A stretch of 64,000 bases of DNA from contig NC_081396.1 of the NCBI RefSeq assembly GCF_030684315.1, forward strand, positions 3,286,001 to 3,350,000. The letters are read 5' to 3'. Below, in pieces: positions 1 through 11,304 of the stretch. Under the pieces are notes generated by a model, which did no database searches, was not told where the DNA came from, and saw only the letters and a program-made list of their open reading frames with translations. This stretch comes from Stegostoma tigrinum. Its lineage: Eukaryota. The translations under genes and the position numbers were made by a program. Every line of letters starts with the position of its first letter. Within the stretch, counting starts at the first letter, position 1.

Positions 1-270
1 TGAATGAGAGGTGACTGATAGATATGTTCAAAATAATAAGGGGCTTGTATGGATAAATAAGCGGACCATCAGAAACATAAAGTGGCCAGACTTCACAACC
101 TCATACGTAGCTAGGTTCTGGAAAACACTTATTGAGAAGAGAATGCAGGCAGAATGAGCTGCATATTTCAAGAAGGCATTTAATGTTATCTAAAATTTTA
201 AAAAAAAAGCAATTTACTTTTCAGAGGATTAAAGCAGACAAGAAGGGCCGAATGGCTCATAATCTGTTCT
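1..270 (+). mobile_element. Degenerate CR1 LINE 3' fragment
   Basis: Resembles the RGDLIEVFKIMRGLD-coding segment and the gaagggccgaatgg 3' UTR of CR1-type elements elsewhere in the window. Confidence 0.6.
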
Positions 271-599
271 GAACACTCTGTAATTCTGTTCATCTAGTGC
301 AAATGCCAGAAGGCACAACTGATGTGAACGTTTTTCACAGCATTGACAGCAACAATGCATTCCACTAGATCTTGTCCTTGATCTTGTTAACGCAGGTCAA
401 TCCTTAGTTGTTTCTGCGATGAGCTCATTTTCAGTACTTACGCCATTGAACCAAAATCCTCTTTATATTTGATTTGGAATCCTTATCTAAGACTATGTTG
501 AATCATGCCATGGATGATATTACACTGTGATTTTCCGAGATGTAAATCAAAATTACGCTCTGCTTTTTCTTTGCAACATCCATCGCTTTCTGTTCCAAG

Positions 600-693
600 A
601 TGGTCAACTTCCGTTGTTGTTCTTAAAGCCTGTTATCGGCAGTTTTTATATTTCCTGTATGATTTATATTACTATGATCCGAGTATTCAGAAG
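600..693 (+). CDS. Putative transmembrane exon of an unidentified single-pass receptor (TM lysine)
   Basis: Long pyrimidine tract + AAG acceptor at 599, phase-1 start. Translates (D)GQLPLLFLKPVIGSFYISCMIYITMIRVFRR: a hydrophobic stretch followed by basic stop-transfer residues. The donor AG|GTCAAC is weak. Confidence 0.45.
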
Positions 694-774
694 GTCAACT
701 AAAATTATTCCACGTTTCGTTTTAACGTTGACTCAACTGTCATTGTTTGTTTTGTGTGATCGTTGGTTAAACAG

Positions 775-839
775 ACCTGGCTTTGGTGTAATACGAGCAG
801 AAAAGTTTGCCAGCACACTCCAAACAACAGTCGAATACG
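775..839 (+). CDS. Putative cytoplasmic exon 1 of the same receptor
   Basis: T-rich tract + AAACAG acceptor; phase 2 matches the previous exon. Translates (R)PGFGVIRAEKFASTLQTTVEY; donor G|GTGTGA. Confidence 0.35.
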
Positions 840-1753
840 GTGTGACATAAGGGAACATAAAGACAAATTCTGTATTCAGACGGAATGGATCTCCAGTTAA
901 TATAAAATAAGATGCTGACTTCGACAATAAGAACAACGGTAGGATCAAGTGTTGATTAGCAACAGATGTTTACTAGTTCAGCAATGTTATGAAATTATGG
1001 TTGCGGAAAAGAAAATAAAAGACACAGTCCTTAACAGAAATAAAAGTGTAAGGGGATATAATCTGACAGTGACAAAGTTTCCAGCATCATAATAATCATT
1101 TGGTGCCTCATTTGAGTGGATGTTTAGATTTTACCATTGCCAAAGCAGTGATAGAGTCTGACACAACAAGAGTGGGCACACGTAACAGGGAAGTTTCTTG
1201 AACAAGCACAATGTTTGCTGCAGAAATATCCATGAGGTAATTCTCAATGCATGACTTGACATATCACAGAATACAGTGTAATTATGACAAAGTCATATTT
1301 TAGTGCAATTAATTCAAGATTGTGTCTGATATAACTACGGAAAAGAGTCAGGTCCCATTGACATCTTTCAGAGCGTCGAGGAATATAATCTAATGCAGTT
1401 TCAGCATTACTGGAAATGAATTATTTTAGTGCTGGAAAAAATAAAAAAGAGAAAACATTGTAATTAAAGCTGCATATCAGACGACATCACTGAAAGAAAC
1501 AAAGCACCGAGTTTTCAGCAAAACTGGCGTCACTTAATTTAAGCAATGAATACTTCCATTTCCGACATTTCATTTCTCTGGCATTTAAAAAGAACTGCAA
1601 ACAGATGAGGCTATATTCAAGAATTTGGATCATTGTCATGCATGAGTTTTATCAATAAGTCCAGAGTTGATCGTCCATTGTGGCAAAATGTTCATGGTGG
1701 TCGGTGTGGTATAATTAATTTTGACTTGATTTGTATTGCATTTTCTTTCACAG

Positions 1754-1858
1754 TGAGAAAAGGTGAAGGGAATGGAAGACACGCCTTCTCTTTGCAGAAT
1801 GTCATTACAACAAAGGGATGTTTTCCTATGGAGAATAGAGGATTTCAAATGCCAGCCC
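1754..1858 (+). CDS. Putative cytoplasmic exon 2 of the same receptor
   Basis: Strong acceptor ttttctttcacag, phase 1/1. Translates (V)RKGEGNGRHAFSLQNVITTKGCFPMENRGFQMPA; donor C|GTAACT. Confidence 0.35.
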
Positions 1859-2539
1859 GTAACTTAAGAAAACATTCTTTCTCTCTTCAGAGCTGTGAAG
1901 GATCCTGTACTTCCCGACCAACTGTGTAAACGTACCTGAAATGACCATAATTATCACTGCTATTATATCTAGTAACCGGCGAATCTAATACAGATCCGAA
2001 TTTAAAAGGAAACCAAAGAGCAAAACGGTTTGACAGTATCGTGCTGAGAACAGTGTTATAGGAAGCATCATAGTTCTATTAAAAGTGCCAAAGTTGAGTG
2101 AAAGCTTCATTACTGAAGTGTTTAGAACTGACAACATTTGAGTCACAATTATATTTTTCCCCAACTGGAGGATAGACATAGTGGCCTCTTGGAGTTAATG
2201 AAATCGAAGGTGCCATCCTGCCCCAGCAGGTGGTAGAAATTGAATTTAACCTAAAACAATCTGGAATTAAAACTCTGCTGATACCTATGAAATCCTTGCT
2301 GATTGTCAAAAAAAAATCTGGTTCGCTAATGTCCTTCAGGGAAGGAAATCTGCAATCCTCAACTGGGCTAGCCTTCATGTAAAAATATTCTGGCAATAGA
2401 AATGAAAACTTGCGTTCCCAAACTTGCTGCTGACTGAACCAATCATTTCAGTGCAGTTACAACACTTAAATGTATCCAACAATGAGGAAAATCGTCAATG
2501 TCGTGCACATAAAAAGCAGGCCAAATCCAATCTGGCCTG

Positions 2540-3800
2540 CTCCTGCCCAATCAGTCTGAAGGCAATCATCAGTACATTGGTGTGAGGTGACATCAACAAG
2601 GCGATCAAGCAGAACCTGCTCAGCAATAAACTGCTCAGTGATGCCCAGTTTGTGATCCGCCAGGGCACTCAGCTCCTGATTTCATTGCAGACTTGGTCCA
2701 AACTGAATTCAAAAAGTGAAGTTGTATTGGGTGCCCTTATCATCAAGGCTGCATTTGAATGAATGTGGCATCAAAGATCCCGCACAAAACTGGAATCAAT
2801 GTGTATGAGGTGGCGAAATGTCTGGTGTTTGGATTCTCACCTGACATTTGGAAGGTCGTCGTGGTTGTTGGAGGTGTGCCATCTCAACTCCACGGCATCT
2901 CTGCCGAAATCCTCAGGATAGTATCCTAAGCCCAAACACGTACAGCTGTTTCACCAAAGACCTTCCCTTCAACATAAGATCAGAAGTGGGGATATTTAAA
3001 GATTAATGCACAATGTTCAGCACCATTCACGACTGATCAGGCAGTGAAGCAGATATGTTCAAAAACAACAATGTTCGGAAAATATCTAGGTGTGTGCTGA
3101 CAAGTAGCAGGCAACATTTGCGCGACTCGAATATCAAGCTATAACGAACGTGTTTAAGACACAATTCAACCACTGCTCTTTTGCATTTAATAGTGTTATC
3201 ATCATTGCAACCCTGACTGTCAACATCTTTGGGCTTATCATCAGCAAGAAGATTCAACTGAACCTCCCATTGAAACACAGTGACTACAAAACCAGGTACG
3301 AAGTTGGGAATACTGCAGCGAGTTACTCACTTCCTGACTCCTTGAAGTCTGCCCAACGTCTCCAAGGCAGAAGTGAGAAATGTGATGGATTACTCCCCAT
3401 TTACATGCATAAGTGCAGCCTCAACAACACTCAAGAAACTCGACAGTATGGAGGACAAGACAGCCCACTTGATTGGCATTACATTCACAAACAGACACTG
3501 CTTCCAGCGCTGATGCTCAGTAGCTGCAGTATGTGCGAACTAAACAGTAAACTGCAGTAATTCACCAAAGATCCTCAGACATCACCTACCAAATGATTGA
3601 CCAATTCCATCAAGATCGACCAGGGCAGCAGGCAGAGAGGAATTCCTTCATCATCAATTTCCTCTCCACGCCACTCACAATCTTGAGTTGTAAATGTACC
3701 ACTGTTGTTTTGATGCCACTGGGTCAAAATCCTGGAATAGCCCGCCAATAGCATCTTGGACTACATTGGTTCAAAAAAGGAAGCTTACCATCACTTTCGT
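2540..3800 (+). mobile_element. Degenerate LINE reverse-transcriptase and 3' region (same family as 11.3-14.5 kb)
   Basis: Decayed RT motifs: DAQF(G)xRQGHS at ~2640, IKAAFxxxWH at ~2740, PQxSxLxP at ~2910. Many stops and frameshifts. Confidence 0.75.
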
Positions 3801-4189
3801 AAGGACTGGCAGTGATGCTCATATCCAAAAAAAAATTAAAATAATGAACACATGACATAGGAAACAAAATCAATCTATCCATTTTAGTTCTTATCAAAAG
3901 CTTGCAATTTTTCTCCGCAACCAAGGGCCACAGCAGTTAGGTAGGAAAAATCAGTGTTTAAATATTAGGCTAGAAGCAAATTATAAATAAAAACATTAAA
4001 CTCTATGTGTTGACAGAAGAAAATGTCAGTATCATAATTTTAATAACATTTGAAACTTTGCTCAAGGTGGAATTTTTAAGTAGCCATGGTTTCTGAAAGA
4101 ATTCAGACAGTAATCAACCTTGACAACAAGCTCTTTCAAAGAGGGAGAATTTACAAATTATGAAATTAGAATATGGTAGAATCCTTAGA

Positions 4190-4480
4190 GAGTGGAACCA
4201 AGCTATTTGTCCCAATGAGTCCACAGCGACTCTCCAAAAGGCTCCCACCCTCACCCTTCCCATAGCTAACACCGATAACCTATATATCCCTGGACACTGT
4301 GGGTAATTTAGCATGGCTGATCGATCCAAATTGCATATTTTTGGGCTGTGGGATGAAACTGGAGCAGCTGGCAGGTATAGATAAAAAGTGCAGACTCTAC
4401 ACTCTCAGTTGTCTGAAGATGGAATCGAAGCGGGGCCTTGGCGCTCCTGCCAGTGCCCATCACTGAGCAACAGTCTCTCA
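4190..4480 (-). mobile_element. HE1-type tRNA-derived SINE, degenerate
   Basis: Reverse complement of the SINE body at 7786 and 12506 (gggtaatttagcatggc...ggctgtgggatgaaactggagca...ggaatcgaa). Confidence 0.7.
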
Positions 4481-4770
4481 CCTGTGGCTTTTTGTTTGAA
4501 GCTGGTGTTGGTCAGGGTTGCTGGAGAAAAGTAGTTTCCCCTACATATTATTTCTGTTACTGCCGCAAAGACACAACTATCTGTGCAATTTTTATTTGTT
4601 CTTGTCGAGTTGAGTAAAATGTCAAAAATAGATCAATCTGAAGTATCGGGTGGGAAAATGGTGGATACAGAATCTAAAACTGATCTAAGGAACATTTAAT
4701 CGAAAGAAAGAGATTAACCAAAAAAAAATACAAAAATCAAAACGTTAAAGGTGCAATCTATGTCTTCCAG

Positions 4771-4886
4771 AATTTAGAGAAACGAATGAGTTTAGTACAT
4801 TGTCCAGAGACTCGTCCAACAACGTCCTGGAATCCACCTTTAAACAGACAACAAGAAGTCGAGTTGTACATGTCACTTCACTGTGA
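4771..4886 (+). CDS. Putative terminal coding exon ending in -VTSL (class I PDZ-binding motif)
   Basis: Acceptor tatgtcttccag, phase 1. Translates (Q)FRETNEFSTLSRDSSNNVLESTFKQTTRSRVVHVTSL*, followed by non-repetitive sequence and AATAAA at 5122-5127. Confidence 0.45.
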
Positions 4887-6329
4887 TGGATGGTTGCCAA
4901 CGTATCATCTGTCCAAATACAGGCCACCTTGGCAGATGTTTCCTCCAGATTGTTCTCCAGATTTATTTTCTGTTCAAAAGTGACACGTGTGGCTTGCCAC
5001 AGGCACAGAGAAACAGGAAGTTGTGTGTAAGATGAGAATGATACAACAGGAGTCACTTTCATGTTATGGACGCAAACAAACTTCCTGCTTGTGAGGGTGA
5101 AAGCACACTGTCAACCTCAGGAATAAAATGGCACATTGCTGTTGGTCTTAACAGCATGTTAAATTCCATTCCCTTTTTGGTTTTTTTTTAATAATACGAC
5201 ATATAACACATAAGAGTATTTAAACTACTCTATGTTAATGGCGAGAGAAAGAAAGTTGAGTGTTGTCACTGAAAAGGGTGCTAGATGTTAATAAGTAGAT
5301 TCGCTCTTAAAATTCTCATTAAAATTTGAAAACTTTTGGTAAGTTTAGCGCTATCTCAGGTGAAAAGACAGGAAAGTTTGCATCAGTGAACAGGTCTTTC
5401 TGCCACTGAAATTTTCTCTGGTAATATATTGGCGTTTGCTTCTTTTCATTCATATAAGATTTCACGAAGAAGTAAGATATTTTTGCTTTTGGGTTGTCAG
5501 ACATTGACCATGTCTATTTGAATAAGAGAATTAGATACATTGCTGAGAGAAGAAGGAAACTTTTCCTGGATCTGGTGTCATGACACAAAATTGGAATAAG
5601 TTGCGACCTAAGCATTTAATTGCTACCGAAGATAACAGCGAACATCTCACGAATTTTGCATTTGTTCTGAGGTCAGAAAGAATGAGCTGAAGTCGAGTAT
5701 TATCAAATGAAATAAGAATTACTGATTGCACGAAAGCAGAACGAATTACAGTGAGCCTGTCAATCATTGAAGGGAATAATGAACGACAGTACAATAACGG
5801 AAATTTATGGAAATATTTCAGAATATAGTGCACAGATAACTTCTGTAAAGTGGGAAAACAAAAACCAATAGAAGGTGTCACGATCGATCTTTAAAAATAA
5901 AGTGACAACACCTACCTCAAACGAAATCTATATTATTGCTGCGGTGACAGGTCAGACGATTGGATGGATTACAGAAAATTTGAAGATTAAAAGATAAGCA
6001 CTGACGAACATATCAGAGGAAACATGAAACTTATCTAAGAAGGTTAAACATACAAGAGGTCATGTTCATTTACTTTAAAGCTCTAGTTAGTGAAACTGGT
6101 AACAATACGAAGATGGGAAATTAACTGAAGGCACTGTACTACAACCCTTTCGACAGAAGTTATCAGTAACACACCAGAAGTAACTGATAAATCAGGACAA
6201 CGAAAATAAATTAAGATAACAATAAAATTACAACCGGTAGTGAAGTATTCATGAGAAAATATCTGGAGTTCCTTTTTGCGTGAGCTCTATGCTGAGATGT
6301 TAATAGAAGTGAGTCGAGAAATATTTCAT

Positions 6330-7750
6330 GCGTTAGTTTTTACTACCTAGAATTCCAGAGATTCAGGAAATGTTCCAGTAGATTGTAAAGTTGTGAATTG
6401 AAGTAATTTATTAAAAGGGGGCGGTAGAGAAAGCAGAAAACTGCTTGCCAGTTAACTTGACGTCAGGCAGAAGGAATATGCCAGGACCTATTTTTAAGGA
6501 ACTACTACCAGAGAACTTTGAAGCTATCAGCTGGAATCCATATTACTTTGAAATGGGAAAATCATGCCTGCAGTTCACTGTAGAATTTTGACAATTAAAC
6601 TAACATAGTTGTTAAAGCAACAGCAGCACTTAGATAATCAGAAACCACAGAAGAACTAGGAAAAGAGAGACGAGCAGAAAATTATTCAGATCAGCAAGCT
6701 TGTTGTGCGATTCAATACGATCATCGCTGATCAAGGTCTGGTAAACTTTTGAGGCACTCTCTCTCTCTTCGGAATGTCCTTACTGAGATAAGGTGCCCAT
6801 GACTGAAAACCGTGCATCAATTACAGTATAAGCAAGCCCTTATACAAGTTTTTTTTAAAGGCTTCTCTTTGCCTGTATTCAAAACGCCTTGTAAACATGG
6901 CTAATGTTCCATCAGTATTCCGAAAGTACAATGAATAAAGTGTCACAGCAAAGTTTGTGGCAGAATACAAAATTTCAGATTGAAGTGGTGCTACATTGGA
7001 ACTGATTGACTATGGGTAGCTTACGTAGACTGAAGAACAAACGTAAATTGGTGTTTTTCTGATTGCCAAGATTTCAATGAGCCATATGGCAAGTGATCAG
7101 TCATGCGGCCTCAAGGCTCGAAGGATTCAAATGACTTGACTAAATTGGCGAAAAGAGTGATTGATAATATGCTGAAAACACATTGATAAGTCGGATTGTT
7201 CACTTTGGATATGACACGAGGAAGTTACAAATAGATAATGGTTAAATGAATGGAAAAGTTGGACAAATTCGAGCATCATGTCAAAATTCTGAGTATGTCT
7301 ATTATTTCAGGAACTGTAAAGTAGAAACAGTGATGCAGAGGCAGCAGAATTTCCTTGTGCATGAATTGTAAAAGGTGAGAATACAGGAACTGCAATTCCT
7401 AGGAAACCTAACAGACTGTGACGGTGCATTCCGAGTGGAGTTGAAGACAAAAATACAAAGATCATGAAATACGTATGCAGTACGTTGCATGAGGCTGCAT
7501 CAGCAGCCTTTATAGATGGATGATCCTTATGGATGGAAGGATGGAATTACGATGGTCGAAGTTCAGGGAAGATTTATGAAACTAGTAATGAGCAGAGTTT
7601 GGGCAGGATAGGCTGAGACAAACTTGAATTTGAACAAGTGCCGGGTGCTTCATTCAAACCTACAAGAACATTAATCATCCAGATGCAGTAAATGAGGAAA
7701 ACACTTTTCCTCTTTTGAAATTACAGGTCACAGTTGAGAAATCAGGATTT
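6330..7750 (+). mobile_element. Old degenerate CR1 LINE ORF2 fragments
   Basis: Remnants of the VPxDWKxANV, YRPVSLTS, GKSC and downstream RT-coding segments. Confidence 0.6.
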
Positions 7751-7785
7751 CTCCGTTGAACACAAAAGTAGGGTCAGAAAATTTC

Positions 7786-8075
7786 GGTGGTATGGTGGCT
7801 CAGTGGTTAACACTGAAGCCTCACAGGGCTAGGGGCCCAGGTTTGATTCCAGCCTCAGGTAACTGTCTGTGTGGAGTTTGCACATTCTCCCCGACGCTGC
7901 GTGGGTTTTCTCCAGGTACTCTGGTTTCCTTCCACGGTCCAAAGATGTGCAGGTTAGGTGAATTGGCCATGCTAATTTGCCCATAGTGTCCAGGGGTGTG
8001 TGGGTGGGATGGTCCAAGAAGCAGTGTGGAATTGTTGGGCCGAAGGGCCTGTTTCCACACTGTAGGGAACTTAAT
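7786..8075 (+). mobile_element. HE1-type tRNA-derived SINE
   Basis: A box TGGCTCAGTGG, B box GGTTTGATTCC, body gtgtggagtttgcacattctcccc, CR1-like 3' end gggccgaagggcctgtttcc. Confidence 0.88.
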
Positions 8076-8649
8076 CTTTTAAAAACAATCTAATTTTTGT
8101 CGTCTTTGAAGCTCTTTTGATCAAAAACCTTTGAAGCAGAATATGTTAATACCTTTTTGCAAGGCAGTGGCAGAGGCATTCTTGCTTAACAAGGGAATGA
8201 ACGTTTATTAGATGTAGGCGGGGATGCAAACTAAATCGCTGAACAGGGTCGAATAGTTGGGGTTTCTTGTATTTCCATGGATTTGTTTGCATTAATACTC
8301 AGTTGTACATCTGGCACTCTTGTTGTCTACCTCTGTCTATGTATGTTATATTGCTGTGAACTGTATAAACGTCTATTCCATTTCTAACTGAAAAAGAATC
8401 TGGCAGGCAAATTATGATTTCAGGTCAGGTACAGATAGCGTAACTCATGAATGAGTCGGAGACAAGACACAAATCCTTAGATGAAGCCACATTTAATACT
8501 AGGAGAGATTTTCTGTAGCGAAGCAACAAATCAAAAATTCTCACTTCTCCAATAAACAGTGGAATAACCTGTGTATTTGAAATTCGACTGCATTGGAAAA
8601 ATATTTTCCTCCGATGTACATATCGCTGACACAAATAGAATTTATGAAC

Positions 8650-11200
8650 CATCGTTAACTCTCAATCAGTTGAGTGGGCAGCTGTGTAATTCCAGAAGGT
8701 AGCTGAGAGTAAATAATTTTACAGAATACTTCTGGTAGTGTTCTCTGGTCTACCAACAGCCACAGAGAGCTGGAAGGGAGGCTATCGGGTACCTTTCAGG
8801 AAGTGTACAAACTATAATGTAATATTAATAACGGATTTCAACCTCCCAATTATTAATTGGGACAATAAGATTGCGAATTGCCAGAAGGGTCTGAATTCGT
8901 GAAACGTCTCATTGAGAGGCTTTTTTTTAAAAGAAAAAAGCCTGCAATTTGAAATTGCCACAAACTCCTGTCGTGCAAACCCTCATTTTACAGAAAGAAG
9001 CAAAGCACGTTGTCAGGCAGTCATTTGGAGAGAATTTTGGTGATAGTGAATGCAACTCTGTCGGATATTACCTACCTGTGGAAAGTGACAATGATCAATG
9101 AGTAATAAAGGTTTTGAATTGTGTAAAGGTCGATTTTGTTCTGATGAAACTCAATCTGGCCAATGTGGTCATGACAGCAACGACCCATGGGACAACTTAC
9201 ACCAGAGCAGTGGGGGATTTTGCAATGAGAAACCATGAATTTGTAGGCCAAAAATATTCCTCAAAGACGAAGACTAGAAGTAAGAATTCCAATGGTTACT
9301 GTAGGTGGTGGAACGTAAAGGAGTAGACAAAGGAAGAGTCCACCAAAACTCAGCATATCAGAGCCCCGAGAAGACTGTAGAAACTGTAGGAAGTTCTTTA
9401 GAAATGAATTCTGAATTTAAAGAGGTGCAATGTTAACAAAGAAAAACCAATGGAGTAATATGCTAAATATCAAAATGCACTGTAGGAATACACGGGGGGC
9501 AAGAAAACAATGAGAAACAGATTAGGACCGATGCAGAAACTAACTGGACAACTCTTGCAGTGTTGGACGACTTTGATATGTTTTGATATTGTGGTTTATT
9601 TCTATCTTCGATGAAGAACAATATAGAGTCATGAATTAGGTAAGAAAGCTGTGGTATTTTCAGAAATTTCTATTGAACTAGAAGAAGTATTTGCGTTTTT
9701 AGTGGGCATACAATTGCATTAGGCACAAGCCTCAGTGTCCTCGGCAAGGGGTTGGATTGCAAGGATCCGGGTAGTAGTATTCAAATTGTCCATGTACAAT
9801 TGACAAATGCCAGAGCTCGAATGCTCATCTAGCATGGTGATTCAATAAATATTCAAGATTTTTATTTACCGGTGATTGAGTCTAATATCAATGCCAGGGA
9901 AAGAATCTGGAAAAGAAGTCTGAGAGACAATCTTCATTAAAAGTTGTAAATGTAATATTTAAAACAATAAAATTCAGCCTGGCTTTGACAGAAGTTGTAT
10001 CATGTCTCCCATTGTTGATACCTTCTTCTAAGGAGGTGATGAGATGTCTGGTTGAGGGTGGAAAAAATAGATGCAATCTGCTTTGACATTAACAAGGTTC
10101 TCAACAACATCTTGGAACCTAAATTAAGTAAGAAATAACGGATCAAATGCAATTTAGAACATAGAACATAGAACATAGAACAGTACAGCACAGAACAGGC
10201 CCTTCAGCCCACAATGTTGTGCCGACCATTGATCCTCATGGATGCACCCTCAAATTTCTGTGACCATATGCATGTCCAGCAGTCTCTTAAATGACCCCAA
10301 TGACCTTGCTTCCACAACTGCTGCTGGCAACGCATTCCATGCTCTCACAACTCTCTGCGTAAAGAACCTGCCTCTGACATCCCCTCTATACTTTCCACCA
10401 ACCAGCTTAAAACTATGACCCCTCGTGCTAGCCATTTCTGCCCTGGGAAATAGTCTCTGGCTATCGACTCTATCTATGCCTCTCATTATCTTGTATACCT
10501 CAATTAGGTCCCCTCTCCTCCTCCTTTTCTCCAATGAAAAGAGACCGAGCTCAGTCAACCTCTCTTCATAAGATAAGCCCTCCAGTCCAGGCAGCATCCT
10601 GGTAAACCTCCTCTGAACCCTCTCCAAAGCATCCACATCTTTCCTATAATAGGGCGCCCAGAACTGGACGCAGTATTCCAAGTGCGGTCTAACCAAAGTT
10701 TTATAGAGCTGCAACAAGAAGACATTTCCCAAATTTACTTTGTAGCATCAGTCAGACAGCAGAGGGTAATGGCTGAAGGTGGTCTTTGAGAATAAATCCT
10801 GTGTTCAGTCATGCATTACAAGATTTTGGTGCTGCATCCTTTGCTGTTGGTAGTGTTCATGAATGCTCAATTCATGAATGCAGGAATTTTGATCACTGAG
10901 TTTACAGATGAGGCGAAAAACGTGCGGTATTGCAATTAGCCAGGAGGAAAGCCTGAGGCTATGGTATGTTATAGATGGCAGAACAAAGCTAAAAAGAATA
11001 TTATCGTGAAACTTGTGATTGAACGCATCTCCCAGGACTATCATTTGAAGAAAATCAATGATGCGTGATTGTTCCCTACAAAACACAAATGATAAGCGGT
11101 TACCAGCAGTACATATCCATTATGTTGTGAAGCAGATGATCTCGAGATGTTGTTACGAGAGATATTGTTACTAATTCAGCAAACTCAGCTAACGTTCAGG
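8650..11200 (+). mobile_element. Old degenerate CR1 LINE ORF2 (endonuclease to RT), interrupted by a younger CR1
   Basis: xDFNLPxINW at ~8830, GENFGDS at ~9025, VDAIxFDxxK at ~10065; continues after 10720 with RQQRV and SVLGP-like remnants. Confidence 0.65.
10155..10719 (-). mobile_element. Young 5'-truncated CR1 LINE (3' end)
   Basis: Uninterrupted ORF2 C-terminus LYKTLVRPHLEYCVQFWAP...RGDLIEVYKIMRG...FFTQRVVRAWNALP (ORF 10250-10732) and a (TTCTATG)n tail at 10155-10181. Confidence 0.93.
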
Positions 11201-11304
11201 GGTCCATTTTCGAATATCACTAAATGCTGAACTTCAAATTGAAGAACATATTTGGAGCTAAGTTTCTACTGAAGTCCATGAAATCATTGTTAGTTGTCTG
11301 AAAA

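Noticed and set aside
4786-4983. Alternative open frame (MSLVHCPETRP...) over the putative terminal exon
   Set aside because: It needs a phase-0 upstream exon, which I did not find, and shows no recognisable motif. Not formally excluded.
7786-7860. tRNA gene (also 12506-12580)
   Set aside because: The A/B boxes are the tRNA-derived head of a SINE and continue into the SINE body and CR1-like tail.
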